Assembly: GCA_965248265.1 (NCBI GenBank)
Contig: CBDFJF010000002.1
Span: forward strand, 3,072,001-3,136,000
Origin: Candidatus Latescibacterota bacterium
GTDB taxonomy: Bacteria > Latescibacterota > UBA2968 > UBA8231
Reading direction: 5' to 3'
Length of the DNA: 64,000 nucleotides
Below, piece after piece: positions 18,558 to 28,371 of this stretch (the first letter of the stretch is position 1; the number at the start of each line of letters is the position of its first letter). A program made the position numbers and the translations under genes. The notes beneath the pieces were generated by a model. It ran no database searches. It saw only the letters and a list, made by a program, of their open reading frames with translations, and was not told where the DNA came from.

Positions 18558-20822
18558 TCAGGCCGTGGTGTCAGCGGCCTCGGAAATGCGGTCGTAGCAC
18601 CGGTACGCGGCCTCGATAAACAACTGAGTTTCCTCGATGGCGCGGTGGGCTACGTCCTTGGTGTAGTCGGTGATCACTTCTTCGTGCGTCCGCTTCAGGT
18701 AGCGGGCGAACTTATCCTTGGCGAACGGGTCGAAGAAAATCTCGGTATCGACAAACCGCTTGCCGAACTCCTGAATGATGACGTCCGCATCATCCGGGAC
18801 ATCCAACCATTCACTCCGGATCAGTGCCTTGGCTGAATGCAGCATCGCCTGGAAGGAGGTCTTGTAGGCGTTTTCGAAATCGCCCTCCTCCAGCAATACC
18901 AGGGCTTCAAAGGCCTCGCGCTCGCACCCGGACAGCTCGAATTGCGCCAGTGGCACGACCTCTCCGGCGCATTCCCCCTTACCCATGTCATCGATCGTGA
19001 ACTCACGGGTATCACCCCAGTCTCGATAGAATGAAGCATCCTCCTCGTACGCCGGTACGGCGGCGAGATCGTCGAGCATGGACTTGATCTCGCGCTTGCC
19101 GGTGCGGCTGATGAAATCCTGGAAGCTCTCCTGCCCCTGGCGTTCCTCAATGAAGCGACCGGTCAATCGACTCACCACGTCGGGGATGTTCTTGGAGGGC
19201 ACGGCCGCCATGGCCAGGCCGAAGGCGCCGCTATTCTCTCGATTCATGCCCCCGAGGATCACCTGGAAGTGAGGCACCGTGATGCCGTTGATCTTGCGGC
19301 TGATTCCGTAGAAGCCGATGTCCGCTGCATGGTGCTGGCCGCAGGAGTTGAAGCAACCGCTGATCTTGATGCGCAGATCCTTGACGGCCTGGTCTAATTC
19401 ATGGTACTGGGCAGCCAGGCGCTGTCGCAATTCGCCCGCCAGTCCGCGTGATGAGGCAATGCCCAACTTGCAGGTGTCGGTTCCCGGGCAGGCTGTGACA
19501 TCGACGATGGTGCCGGCGCAGGGATCCGCCAGGTTGATTTGCTTCAAGTCGCCGTACAACGACGGCAGGTCCGCTTCGCTTACCCATCGCAGTACCAAAT
19601 TCTGATCGACGGTGGCCCGGATCGTATCCTTGACGTAACGGCGGCTGGTGGCTGCCAGCGCTCTCAGCGCATCGGAAGTGATGTCACCAAGGGGCAAATT
19701 GATCGTGACCACGGCGTAGCCCGGCTGCGACTGCGCGCGCACGTTGGTCGTCGACCATTCGTCGAAGCCGGCCGGCAAGTCGACGCCGTTCAGCGGCTGG
19801 CTCGGGTTCAGGGCCTCCTCGCCAAACGCCGGGAGTTCCTCTAGGTAGGCCGTCCAGGCTGGATCCTCGGGGAGCACCTTGCGTTCCTCGAGCACCAGTC
19901 GCTTGAACTCCTCGATTCCCAGCTTGGCGATCAGGAATTTCACCCGCGCACGGGCTCGATTTCTCTTTTCTCCAAGCCGGGCAAACACCCTGGCAATGGC
20001 CTGCGCAGTCGGCAACAGCTCCGACTCCCGCAGAAAATCGTCGTAGAGCTTGGCCTGGTGCGGGACAGCGCCGAGGCCGCCCCCGACGTAGAGCTCAAAG
20101 CCGCGAGTTTCGACGCCATCGATGGTCCGCGTCACGGCGAGAGCCCCCATGTCATGCATGTACACGAGACCACATGCCTCGTGGCGGCAGCCGGAGAAGG
20201 CGATCTTGAACTTGCGGCCGAAGTCCTGGCAATCAGGGTGGCCGAGCAGGAACTTGGTCAGCGCCTGGGCGTAGGGGGTGACGTCGAAGGCCTCGGTGCT
20301 GCAGACGCCCGACAGCGGGCATGCGGTCACATTTCTGACCGAGTTGCCGCAGGCTTCTCGCGTGGTTATGCCGACGGCCGAGAGCCGGCGCATGAGGTCA
20401 ACGGTGTCCTCGATGTGAATGTAGTGCAGCTGCACATCCTGGCGCGTGGTGATGTGACAGATCGAATCCGAGTACTCTTCACCCAAATCGGCGAGGACAT
20501 CCAGTTGATCAGCGGTCAGGCCTCCGAAGGGAATCTTGATGCGCATCATTCCCGGCGCGTGCCACAACGTGTTCGGCCCTTTCGTGCGCTCTTCCGGGAA
20601 GGTCAGCTGCTGAGTGCTGGAGCCATCGAACCGTTGCCCATTGTCGTACCGTTGTCCGTACACCCCTCGGCGCAGACGGGTCTCAGCGAAGATGATCTCG
20701 TCCAGCTTGTCCTGTTTGCGCAGGTCAATCTGGGTCTCGAAAATGTCGATCTCACGGCCCAACTCTTCCGGGATGGACTCGCCTAGTTTTTCCTTCCATG
20801 AAACATCAGTCGCGTCAGTCAT
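18558..20822 (-). CDS. Siroheme nitrite/sulfite reductase with a C-terminal HEPN-like domain
   Basis: GVYGQR, MMRIKIP, TTRQDVQ, ACGNSVRN, RKFKIAFSGC, and ligands CPGTDTC and GCFNSCG. Confidence 0.9.
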   Translation of the reverse strand: MTDATDVSWKEKLGESIPEELGREIDIFETQIDLRKQDKLDEIIFAETRLRRGVYGQRYDNGQRFDGSSTQQLTFPEERTKGPNTLWHAPGMMRIKIPFGGLTADQLDVLADLGEEYSDSICHITTRQDVQLHYIHIEDTVDLMRRLSAVGITTREACGNSVRNVTACPLSGVCSTEAFDVTPYAQALTKFLLGHPDCQDFGRKFKIAFSGCRHEACGLVYMHDMGALAVTRTIDGVETRGFELYVGGGLGAVPHQAKLYDDFLRESELLPTAQAIARVFARLGEKRNRARARVKFLIAKLGIEEFKRLVLEERKVLPEDPAWTAYLEELPAFGEEALNPSQPLNGVDLPAGFDEWSTTNVRAQSQPGYAVVTINLPLGDITSDALRALAATSRRYVKDTIRATVDQNLVLRWVSEADLPSLYGDLKQINLADPCAGTIVDVTACPGTDTCKLGIASSRGLAGELRQRLAAQYHELDQAVKDLRIKISGCFNSCGQHHAADIGFYGISRKINGITVPHFQVILGGMNRENSGAFGLAMAAVPSKNIPDVVSRLTGRFIEERQGQESFQDFISRTGKREIKSMLDDLAAVPAYEEDASFYRDWGDTREFTIDDMGKGECAGEVVPLAQFELSGCEREAFEALVLLEEGDFENAYKTSFQAMLHSAKALIRSEWLDVPDDADVIIQEFGKRFVDTEIFFDPFAKDKFARYLKRTHEEVITDYTKDVAHRAIEETQLFIEAAYRCYDRISEAADTTA

Positions 20823-20978
20823 CAGCAGCGCCCACAGTTAAATAGTTGAATGGGATGGTGAAGGGGTGAAAACGGCGGAGAAATCGCGCCGGTCGGAAAG
20901 CCATAAGTTACTACCGCGACAGAAGATATGGACGGTTGATGAAGTGTCAAGCGCGATCTGCTTTGACATGCACGCGGG

Positions 20979-21857
20979 TCAAGGAGTCTTGCCAGCCAGC
21001 ACTCTCTGCATATAGGTGGCCACGTGCTCGCCGCAGTCGGGGTCGGCCAGGGCGAAATCGATGAAGGCCTCGAAGTAGGAGGCGTGGTTGCCGATGTCGC
21101 AACGTCGCTCCTGAGCGCCCAACGGCACGGCGTGAACACCCAGTCCGGCATCGATCAGCGAAGCAATGGCATGGGTGAGATAGACTTCTCCACCTGAGGT
21201 TGCCTCGGTTTTCCTCAACTCGGCGAAGATTTCCGGAGAGAACGAGTAGCGTGCACTGACGGCCAGGTTGCTGGGGGCGTGCTCAGGTGTCGGTTTCTCA
21301 ACAATACCTGCAATCGGAATGGAATCGACTCCATCCGGTGACTGACCAGCTTTCGGCTCGATGATCCCGTAACGGCCCACATCCTCCCGACCGACTGCAG
21401 TGACGGCGATGCAACAGGCTGCCTGGTGCGACTCGTGCTCCCGGATCATCCGTGCCACCATACTGCCAGGGCAATCGGAGTCGATGATGCTGTCCCCGAA
21501 AGCGACGACGAAATTCCGGTCTGCGACAAAGTGCTCCGCCAGGGCCACCGCATCTCCAGTACCGGCAGGCTTGGTAGCGCCCTCGCGTATGATCTGATTG
21601 ATGAAGTCGAATTCAACGTCCTTCCAACGATCCGACAGTCCTGGAAGGCCCTCGACGTAGTGCTTGATGGCGGGTTTGCTACTATTGGTCACGAGCAGAA
21701 AGCGTCGGATGCCAGCGGCCGCGAGCTCTTCCAGGACGTGATGTAGAACCGGAAACCGGCCAACTGGCAGCATCTCCTTGGGAATCGATACGGATGTCGG
21801 GTACAATCGGGTGCCCAGGCCAGCGACGGCGACGACGGCTGAATTGATCGTTTCCAT
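20979..21857 (-). CDS. UTP-glucose-1-phosphate uridylyltransferase-like nucleotidyltransferase
   Basis: AGLGTR, PKEMLP, GTGDAV, RYG, IVEKP, GEVYLT, DIGN (GalU family). Confidence 0.85.
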   Translation of the reverse strand: METINSAVVAVAGLGTRLYPTSVSIPKEMLPVGRFPVLHHVLEELAAAGIRRFLLVTNSSKPAIKHYVEGLPGLSDRWKDVEFDFINQIIREGATKPAGTGDAVALAEHFVADRNFVVAFGDSIIDSDCPGSMVARMIREHESHQAACCIAVTAVGREDVGRYGIIEPKAGQSPDGVDSIPIAGIVEKPTPEHAPSNLAVSARYSFSPEIFAELRKTEATSGGEVYLTHAIASLIDAGLGVHAVPLGAQERRCDIGNHASYFEAFIDFALADPDCGEHVATYMQRVLAGKTP

Positions 21858-21917
21858 TGACTCGAATATGCCGGCCAGGACACCAGCGGGTCAATCGGTG
21901 CAGCTCATGGAAATGCA

Positions 21918-21947
21918 TTGACATGCTTGACTCGCCAGCGATATAAT
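21918..21947 (+). promoter_or_regulatory. Sigma70 promoter upstream of the Nramp-like gene
   Basis: TTGACA-N18-TATAAT. Confidence 0.65.
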
Positions 21948-22029
21948 GATCGCGCCCTCACCTTTCACCAACGCTCACAGCCATCCATATCACCACGAAA
22001 GCTGGGCACCAACGGAGGGAGCCACCTAG

Positions 22030-23448
22030 ATGAGCGAGAGTCATCACTATCCACCGCTCCCCGAGTCTCTACAGCGTGGAGGGGCTCGGAACATGCTCAA
22101 GTTCTTCGGTCCGGGGGCCATCATCGCTTCCGTGACCATCGGTAGCGGCGAGACCGTGTTCGCCTCCCGCGGCGGGGCCGTGTTCGGCTACGCCATGCTG
22201 TGGTGCTTCATCGGCGGTGGTCTGATGAAATTCGTGCAGGTGTACACGGCTGCCCGCTACATAACGCTGACCGGAGAGCACCCGATAGAGCGATGGAAGT
22301 ACCTGCCCGGACCTCATGCCTGGGCAGTGTGGGTGCTTTCAGCCATGACGATATTGTGCTTTCCATTGTGGCTATCCGGCTTGCCGAAAATGCTGGGGGG
22401 GCTCTCCGTCTGGATCGCCGGCCTGGAGGGCGTGCCCATTTGGGGTGACGCCCGAGTCTGGGGCACTGCCTTCGTCATCGCGGCCGTGACCCTGACGATG
22501 GTACAGAGCTACGGGGCGCTGGAGCGGATGCAAACCGTCATCGTCGGCATCCTGCTGGCGACGATTCTTCTGGCCATGCTGGTTTCTCAGCCCGATTGGC
22601 TCGCGGCTCTTTATGGCAGCGTCGTGCCCAGCATCCCTCACTATCCCCCATGGGTGGTCAGCCAGTACCCCGTGGTCGCGGCGCGCTCCTCATGGATCGA
22701 ATTGGGGACTTATCTAGGGGCCATCGGTGGTGGCACCCAGGACTATTTCGGCTATATCGGCATGTTGCGCGAAAAAGCCTGGGGTCTGATGGGGCGCAAA
22801 ACGGAGGGTGGTGCTGCCGGTGTGCAATTGGCGGATACCGCAGAAAACCATGCACTGGGACTGTCCTGGTTGCGGGCGCCGAGGATGGATTCGGCTGTTT
22901 CGTTCACCTGCATCGTCATTTTTACCCTGGCGTTTATGATCCTGGGGGCCTCGTTGCTTCACCCCAAGCAGATCGTCCCCTCCGGCATGGATCTGCTGTC
23001 CGTGCAGGCGGAATTTCTGACTCAACTACACCCGAAGTTCCTTTACTTCTACCAGCTCGGCGTTTTTATCGCCTTCTTCGGCACCATCATGGGGGCCTAT
23101 GAGCTCTACGTTCGCACGACGCACGAGTGTCTGCGGCCCGTGGTAAGGCGGGTGCGGGATGCACCGCTGGCTTCCCTCAGACCCTGGGTCGTCGGCTACT
23201 GCGCCCTCTTTGGGGTCGGCATCATGTGGGTGGGGGGCAATCCGGTATCCATCGTGACCCCGGCGGCCATCTTCGGGGGAGTTCTCACCTGCGGACTGTG
23301 GTGCCTGCTGATGGTCTGGACCGATCGCCGCTACCTACCGCGACCACTGCAGATGGGGCGCCCCCTCCTGATCGCCAACCTCATCAGTGGCACCTTTCTG
23401 ACGGCTTGGGGGATTCGCGGAGTACATGATTTCATCGGCTCTCTATAG
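22030..23448 (+). CDS. Nramp-related (APC superfamily) transporter
   Basis: FGPGAIIASVTIGSGE…GAVFGYAMLW, RYITLTGE and about 11 TM helices. The canonical Nramp DPGN motif is absent. Confidence 0.75.
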   Translation: MSESHHYPPLPESLQRGGARNMLKFFGPGAIIASVTIGSGETVFASRGGAVFGYAMLWCFIGGGLMKFVQVYTAARYITLTGEHPIERWKYLPGPHAWAVWVLSAMTILCFPLWLSGLPKMLGGLSVWIAGLEGVPIWGDARVWGTAFVIAAVTLTMVQSYGALERMQTVIVGILLATILLAMLVSQPDWLAALYGSVVPSIPHYPPWVVSQYPVVAARSSWIELGTYLGAIGGGTQDYFGYIGMLREKAWGLMGRKTEGGAAGVQLADTAENHALGLSWLRAPRMDSAVSFTCIVIFTLAFMILGASLLHPKQIVPSGMDLLSVQAEFLTQLHPKFLYFYQLGVFIAFFGTIMGAYELYVRTTHECLRPVVRRVRDAPLASLRPWVVGYCALFGVGIMWVGGNPVSIVTPAAIFGGVLTCGLWCLLMVWTDRRYLPRPLQMGRPLLIANLISGTFLTAWGIRGVHDFIGSL

Positions 23449-23486
23449 ATCTGGGTACGGAATCCGGGAAGCAGGCCTATTCTCCG

Positions 23487-24695
23487 ATGGCTGACAACTG
23501 GGGCGAGCCGCTCGAGGAGCGCATCTGGGAGCTGGTCGAGCAGGTTCATGGCAGTGGCTGCCGGGTTTCCCTGCTGACAACCGGCGGGGGCAGCCGGGCA
23601 GTGAGCTGGTTGCTCAATCATCCCGGAGCCTCCAGGGTGATGCTGGAAGCCCATGTCCCCTACCACCCCGCTGCACTTGCACGCTTTCTGGAATCCACCG
23701 GTCCACACAGGGTTGTCGCTGAAACAGCGCGCAGGATGTCGTTGGTCGCCTTCGACAGGGTTCTGTCACTTTTGCCCGATATGGAACCGTCGGCCGGTAC
23801 CTCTGCGCCGGCGACTGTGATAGGGGTGGGCTGCACGGCCGCGCTGGCAACAGATCGGGAGCGCAAGGGGGGCGACAGAGCGTACGTGGCCATACGAAAG
23901 CCGCAGCAATATCACCTGGCAGCAATCGAATTCGACCCGGCCGGCGGTAGAGACCGATTGGCGCAGGAAGGTGTACTCAGCTCGGTGATTGTGCAGCAGC
24001 TGGCTGGTGGTTGTGGCGTACAATCGGAGCCGGGGATGGGGCTTCCGCCCTGGGCAAGGGTGGAGGAGGGAAGGTTGCCAGTCTATTCACCGCTGGAGCG
24101 GTTTCTGCGGGAAGCGCCGAGGGCGCTGGAGATCGACATAGAGGGAAACGAGATCGAGGAGCCGATTGCCCACAACCGGCTGCTGCTGAGTGGTTCGTTC
24201 AATCCATTACACCCTGGTCATCGACAGCTGGCGGCAGCGGCTCAACGCATCACTGGACGTCTGCCTGGACTCGAGCTTTCCGTCACCAATGTCGACAAAG
24301 CCGAGCTCGGTTACCGGGAGGTGATCGAACGCGTGGAGCCCTTGCGGGGCGAGCTCCCCCTCGCCATCACCCGGGCTCCTACCTTTCATGAGAAGGCGAG
24401 ACTGTTCCCAGGGGCATGGTTTGTCATCGGATACGATACCGCAACGCGATTGCTGCAGCCCGAGTATTATGGCGGCTCGATCGACGCCATGATGCAGGCG
24501 TTGGTGGAGATCGGCGCATCGGGATGTCGATTTCTCGTGGCGGGCCGTGTTCAGGACGGCGTGTTTCGCACCCTCGATGACCTGGTCATTCCGCCTGGTG
24601 TGGACTCGGACTTGCTCCAGGCTGTGCCCGAGCGTGAGTTTCGCAGCGACACCAGTTCGACCCAGATACGCAACAACGCTGGAGCGGGATCATGA
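23487..24695 (+). CDS. CinA/PncC-like domain fused to a HIGH-superfamily nucleotidyltransferase (NadD-like)
   Basis: N-terminal TGGG…PGAS…VPY…GCTAALAT; C-terminal SGSFNPLHPGH, FVIGYDT and SSTQIR. Confidence 0.75.
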   Translation: MADNWGEPLEERIWELVEQVHGSGCRVSLLTTGGGSRAVSWLLNHPGASRVMLEAHVPYHPAALARFLESTGPHRVVAETARRMSLVAFDRVLSLLPDMEPSAGTSAPATVIGVGCTAALATDRERKGGDRAYVAIRKPQQYHLAAIEFDPAGGRDRLAQEGVLSSVIVQQLAGGCGVQSEPGMGLPPWARVEEGRLPVYSPLERFLREAPRALEIDIEGNEIEEPIAHNRLLLSGSFNPLHPGHRQLAAAAQRITGRLPGLELSVTNVDKAELGYREVIERVEPLRGELPLAITRAPTFHEKARLFPGAWFVIGYDTATRLLQPEYYGGSIDAMMQALVEIGASGCRFLVAGRVQDGVFRTLDDLVIPPGVDSDLLQAVPEREFRSDTSSTQIRNNAGAGS

Positions 24696-25927
24696 GTCCG
24701 GGGCAATATATTGACACAAAAGGTAAATACACGGTCGCCCGATTGCTCGAGCTCGTCGCTATCCCCTCGGTGAATCCTCCTGGAGAGCACTACCGGGAAG
24801 CGGTGGAGAGGCTCCAGCAGTGGTGTGAGGGAGCCGGCATGTCCACGGCCGTACACCGGGTCCCCGATAGAATCGTCAGGGCTGCCGCCGTCGATCCCGC
24901 CTTTCCACGCTACAACCTCATTGCCCGTTGGGACGTCGGAGCTGAACGCACCGTCCACTTCAACGCACACTATGATGTCGTTCCGGCATCGGGTACCTGG
25001 AAGTTCGGTGGGGCCTTCGAGCCCAGTGTCCAAAAGGGGTGGTTGTACGGCCGTGGGGCCGGCGACATGAAAGGTTCTATCGCGGCCTTGCTGGCCGCGG
25101 TGGAGGCGCTCAAAGCATGCGGGCAGTCCCCGGCCTTCAACATCGAGTGTTCGCTCACGGCGGACGAAGAGACCGGTGGGGCCTTGGGAGCGGGCCACAT
25201 CGTCAGCGAAGGACTGGTCAAGGCCGACTACGCTGTGGTTTGTGAAGGGGCCGCCGGAACGAGAATAGGCTGCGGCCACAACGGCGTGCTGTGGCTGGAT
25301 GTACAGGTGAAAGGCAAACCGGCGCACGCCGCCAACCCGCAAGCAGGGGCCAATGCATTCGAGATGATGGCTGAGCTCGTGCACCGCCTGCAATCCTACA
25401 AGAAGCGTCTGGCCTCAACCTCGAGGATGTATACTGACCTCAACGGAGACACTCGCTCGCCGACAGTCAGTATCGGTGGGGTGTTCGGCGGTCACGGCCA
25501 GAAGGTTAACACGGTGCCGGGAAACGCTTCATTCTCCATCGATCGACGACTCCTGCCCAATGAGCGCATCGCCACCGTGGAACAGGAACTACGCAAATCG
25601 ATCGGAGTGGCAGCGGGGGCCGTCGATGGCATGAAGGTCGTTCTCAAGACCCTGTTGCGCATCGAACCCTGCGTCGTCGACCACCAACACCAGCTGCCCA
25701 CAGCATTCGCAGCCTCACTCAAGGCTGTCCGTAGACGCCCTGCGAGTTTCAAGTTGACGACCGGTTTCACCGACCTCCATTACTTTGTTGCCGGCGGTTT
25801 GCCCGGCATCGGTTACGGCGTAGATGGCCGTATGGGTCACGGCATCGATGAGCGCGTGCGGGTCAGCGACATGCTGCTGACGGCCAAGACCTACGCTCAT
25901 TTCATGATGCGGGGCGTGGACTCATGA
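24692..25927 (+). CDS. M20 metallopeptidase/deacylase (ArgE/DapE-like)
   Basis: AHYDVV, GRGAGDMKG, DEETGG, GKPAHA, GHGIDE. ATGA overlap with the upstream gene. Confidence 0.88.
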   Translation: MSPGQYIDTKGKYTVARLLELVAIPSVNPPGEHYREAVERLQQWCEGAGMSTAVHRVPDRIVRAAAVDPAFPRYNLIARWDVGAERTVHFNAHYDVVPASGTWKFGGAFEPSVQKGWLYGRGAGDMKGSIAALLAAVEALKACGQSPAFNIECSLTADEETGGALGAGHIVSEGLVKADYAVVCEGAAGTRIGCGHNGVLWLDVQVKGKPAHAANPQAGANAFEMMAELVHRLQSYKKRLASTSRMYTDLNGDTRSPTVSIGGVFGGHGQKVNTVPGNASFSIDRRLLPNERIATVEQELRKSIGVAAGAVDGMKVVLKTLLRIEPCVVDHQHQLPTAFAASLKAVRRRPASFKLTTGFTDLHYFVAGGLPGIGYGVDGRMGHGIDERVRVSDMLLTAKTYAHFMMRGVDS

Positions 25928-27567
25928 GCGAGTCGCCGGTGAGCATGCAGTTGCTGTTCCCCAAATGGGTAAGCGGCAAGGAGATGAGTTGGATCGATCG
26001 ACTTACGATCCAGGACTACGGCGTTTCCGGTGCCGAACTGATGGAGAATGCCGGCCGCGAGGTCGTCGACATCATCCGCGATCGTTCAGAAGGACTCGAG
26101 GGCCTGACGGCTGCGATCGTGTGCGGCAAGGGAAACAATGGCGGTGACGGTTTTGTGGTGGCCAGGTTGTTACACCAGGCCGGTGTTCCCGTGCACGTAT
26201 TCTCGACCGCGCCAACCGAGGCCTTTTCAGGCGATGCGGCCCACCACCTTCGATTGCTGTCAGAAGCAGGTGTTGCGGTTCAACACGCAGCTGCCGACAC
26301 GCTCCATCGAGCGCTGAAGTCAGTCGACCTGATAATAGACGCCATCCACGGCACCGGCCTCGCAGGTGCGGCGCGGGCGGACAGTGCTGCCGCGATCGAG
26401 GCCATCAACGGGGCCGGCCCACCGATAGTCGCCGTCGATATTCCTTCGGGTGTGGAAGCAGACACGGGAGCCGTCCACGGAGCGTGCGTGGAGGCTGCCA
26501 TGACGGTGACGTTCGGCTTGCCAAAGATCGGCCAGTTGATGTTCCCTGGTCGTTCCCGTTGTGGGGACCTGCACCTTGTTGATATCGGTTTTCCCCCTGA
26601 GGCCATCGCGGCCAGCCCGGTGAGTCGCTTTCTGATCGATCCTGACGGGGTCAACCGCTTGTTGCCTCGTCGAGCACCTGAGGCCCACAAGTACAGCTGC
26701 GGTTCGGTCGCCGTCGTCGCCGGCTCGGCGGGCATGACGGGTGCTGCCTCCCTAACCGCTGACGCTGCCCTCTCTTCCGGAGCCGGACGGGTCACCCTCG
26801 GGGTACCTGGCAGCTTGCACGATATCCTGGAGATCAAGCTCACCGAGGTCATGACGCGGGCGCTGCCCGAGGTGCGCCGTCACCGCTGCCTGTCCCTGCG
26901 GGCACTTGGGGACATCAGACAGATGACTCAGCGGGCAGACTGCCTGGCCATTGGCCCGGGGTTGGGTACTCACCGGGAGACCGCGGAGTTGGTTCGCCGT
27001 TGCCTCTCTGACCCAGGGCCGCCCGTCGTCGTCGACGCGGATGGGCTCAACGCTTTGGCTGCAACGGCCGATATAGCAGATATAGTGGCCAAAAGGGAGG
27101 GGCAGGCCGTCTTCACCCCACACCTGGGCGAGTTCGCCAAGCTCGTCGGATTGGATGTGAAGACGCTGCTCAGTGAGCATCCAGAGGGAGCATCGGACAC
27201 CAATCCTCCCCCGCCACTGATTTCTCACGCGCTTGGTCTTGCGCGGGAGTTGGGCGTGACCCTCGTCTTGAAAGGGACGCCGACGCTAGTTGCCCTCGCC
27301 GATGGCCGCCTCTATGCCAACCCGACCGGCAATGCCGGTATGGCTACGGCCGGAGCGGGAGATGTCTTGACAGGGACCATAGCCGGCCTGATCGCCCAGA
27401 GATTACTCCCTGAGCAGGCAGCCGTAGCGGGTGTTTACCTGCATGGATTGGCCGGGGACCTGGCGAAAGAGCGCATCGGGGAGTGGGGGATGAAAGCGGG
27501 AGACATCGGTCAACTGTTGCCCAAAGCCATCCTTGAAACCGCAGGTACGGGACGCGTCACAACTTGA
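25924..27567 (+). CDS. nnr: Bifunctional NAD(P)H-hydrate epimerase/dehydratase (NnrE-NnrD)
   Basis: LMENAG, GKGNNGGDG, DIPSG, HK…GMTGA, IGPGLG, DADGLN, TPHLGE, MATAGAGDVLTG. Confidence 0.95.
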   Translation: MSESPVSMQLLFPKWVSGKEMSWIDRLTIQDYGVSGAELMENAGREVVDIIRDRSEGLEGLTAAIVCGKGNNGGDGFVVARLLHQAGVPVHVFSTAPTEAFSGDAAHHLRLLSEAGVAVQHAAADTLHRALKSVDLIIDAIHGTGLAGAARADSAAAIEAINGAGPPIVAVDIPSGVEADTGAVHGACVEAAMTVTFGLPKIGQLMFPGRSRCGDLHLVDIGFPPEAIAASPVSRFLIDPDGVNRLLPRRAPEAHKYSCGSVAVVAGSAGMTGAASLTADAALSSGAGRVTLGVPGSLHDILEIKLTEVMTRALPEVRRHRCLSLRALGDIRQMTQRADCLAIGPGLGTHRETAELVRRCLSDPGPPVVVDADGLNALAATADIADIVAKREGQAVFTPHLGEFAKLVGLDVKTLLSEHPEGASDTNPPPPLISHALGLARELGVTLVLKGTPTLVALADGRLYANPTGNAGMATAGAGDVLTGTIAGLIAQRLLPEQAAVAGVYLHGLAGDLAKERIGEWGMKAGDIGQLLPKAILETAGTGRVTT

Positions 27568-27680
27568 CATCACGGAAGGGATCGATTACCGTATGGCGTC
27601 CCTGCTCCGCGGCGATTTTTGGCGATTTCGGAAGCTCCCCGACAGCCAAACACCAATCCACTAATTCGGTTCGTGCCTCC

Positions 27681-28214
27681 ATGACCAAAGTGAAAGAGGC
27701 CATCGAGGAAATGATCGAGGAGTCCTACCTTCTAGGGCTCTCCGAGCAGGAAATCCGTGCCGATTTCAAGCGCTTCATCGATACCTGTTACGCGGTCATC
27801 CAGGAAAACGTAAAGGACCGTGAGGCTGTCAGTGGTTTGGCAGAGGATCTTGCCCGCGAGCAGACGGTGATTCTGATCGCGGATCGTACCGATGGTCCTG
27901 ACCTGCCATTGAAGGAGAAACCGAGTGGCAAATCCCCGGAGGAAGAATTCTCCGAGCGCGCCGCGCACCGCAAACGGCAGATCCTCCGAATTATCGCAGA
28001 GTACGACCCCCAGCTTGTCAGACTGATCGATGAACATCGCTTTCAGGGAGAATTCGACACCGAGCCAGCCAGTCGTGCATTGAGGCGGTCCGCATGGCGA
28101 CTGGCGTGGCGTCCGGATTGGCAGAGCATGCGCATGCAGTTATTGAAGGTGGGATACGCTACCACCATCGGCATCATCGTTCTTCTGATCTGGCTGGGTT
28201 TCATGCAGTCTTGA
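27681..28214 (+). CDS. Hypothetical protein with a single C-terminal TM helix
   Basis: Helical charged body ending in the hydrophobic VGYATTIGIIVLLIWLGFM. Start uncertain. Confidence 0.55.
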   Translation: MTKVKEAIEEMIEESYLLGLSEQEIRADFKRFIDTCYAVIQENVKDREAVSGLAEDLAREQTVILIADRTDGPDLPLKEKPSGKSPEEEFSERAAHRKRQILRIIAEYDPQLVRLIDEHRFQGEFDTEPASRALRRSAWRLAWRPDWQSMRMQLLKVGYATTIGIIVLLIWLGFMQS

Positions 28215-28371
28215 TCGGCCGATATCACACACCGCCGTTGTCTTCCCCAGCAGCAGTTGAAGTTTCTCCTCTCTCCCATTCTCATTCGAATCATGACCGC
28301 CATAGGGTAGTCGCCTTTTTCCGGGTGCGGGCTGATGTTGCCACTCAGGACGCGAGCTGATGGACTAGTAA

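Noticed and set aside
18558-18960. HEPN-like domain as a toxin RNase
   Set aside because: It is fused to a metabolic enzyme with no MNT antitoxin partner. The RYLKRTH match to R-x4-6-H could be chance.
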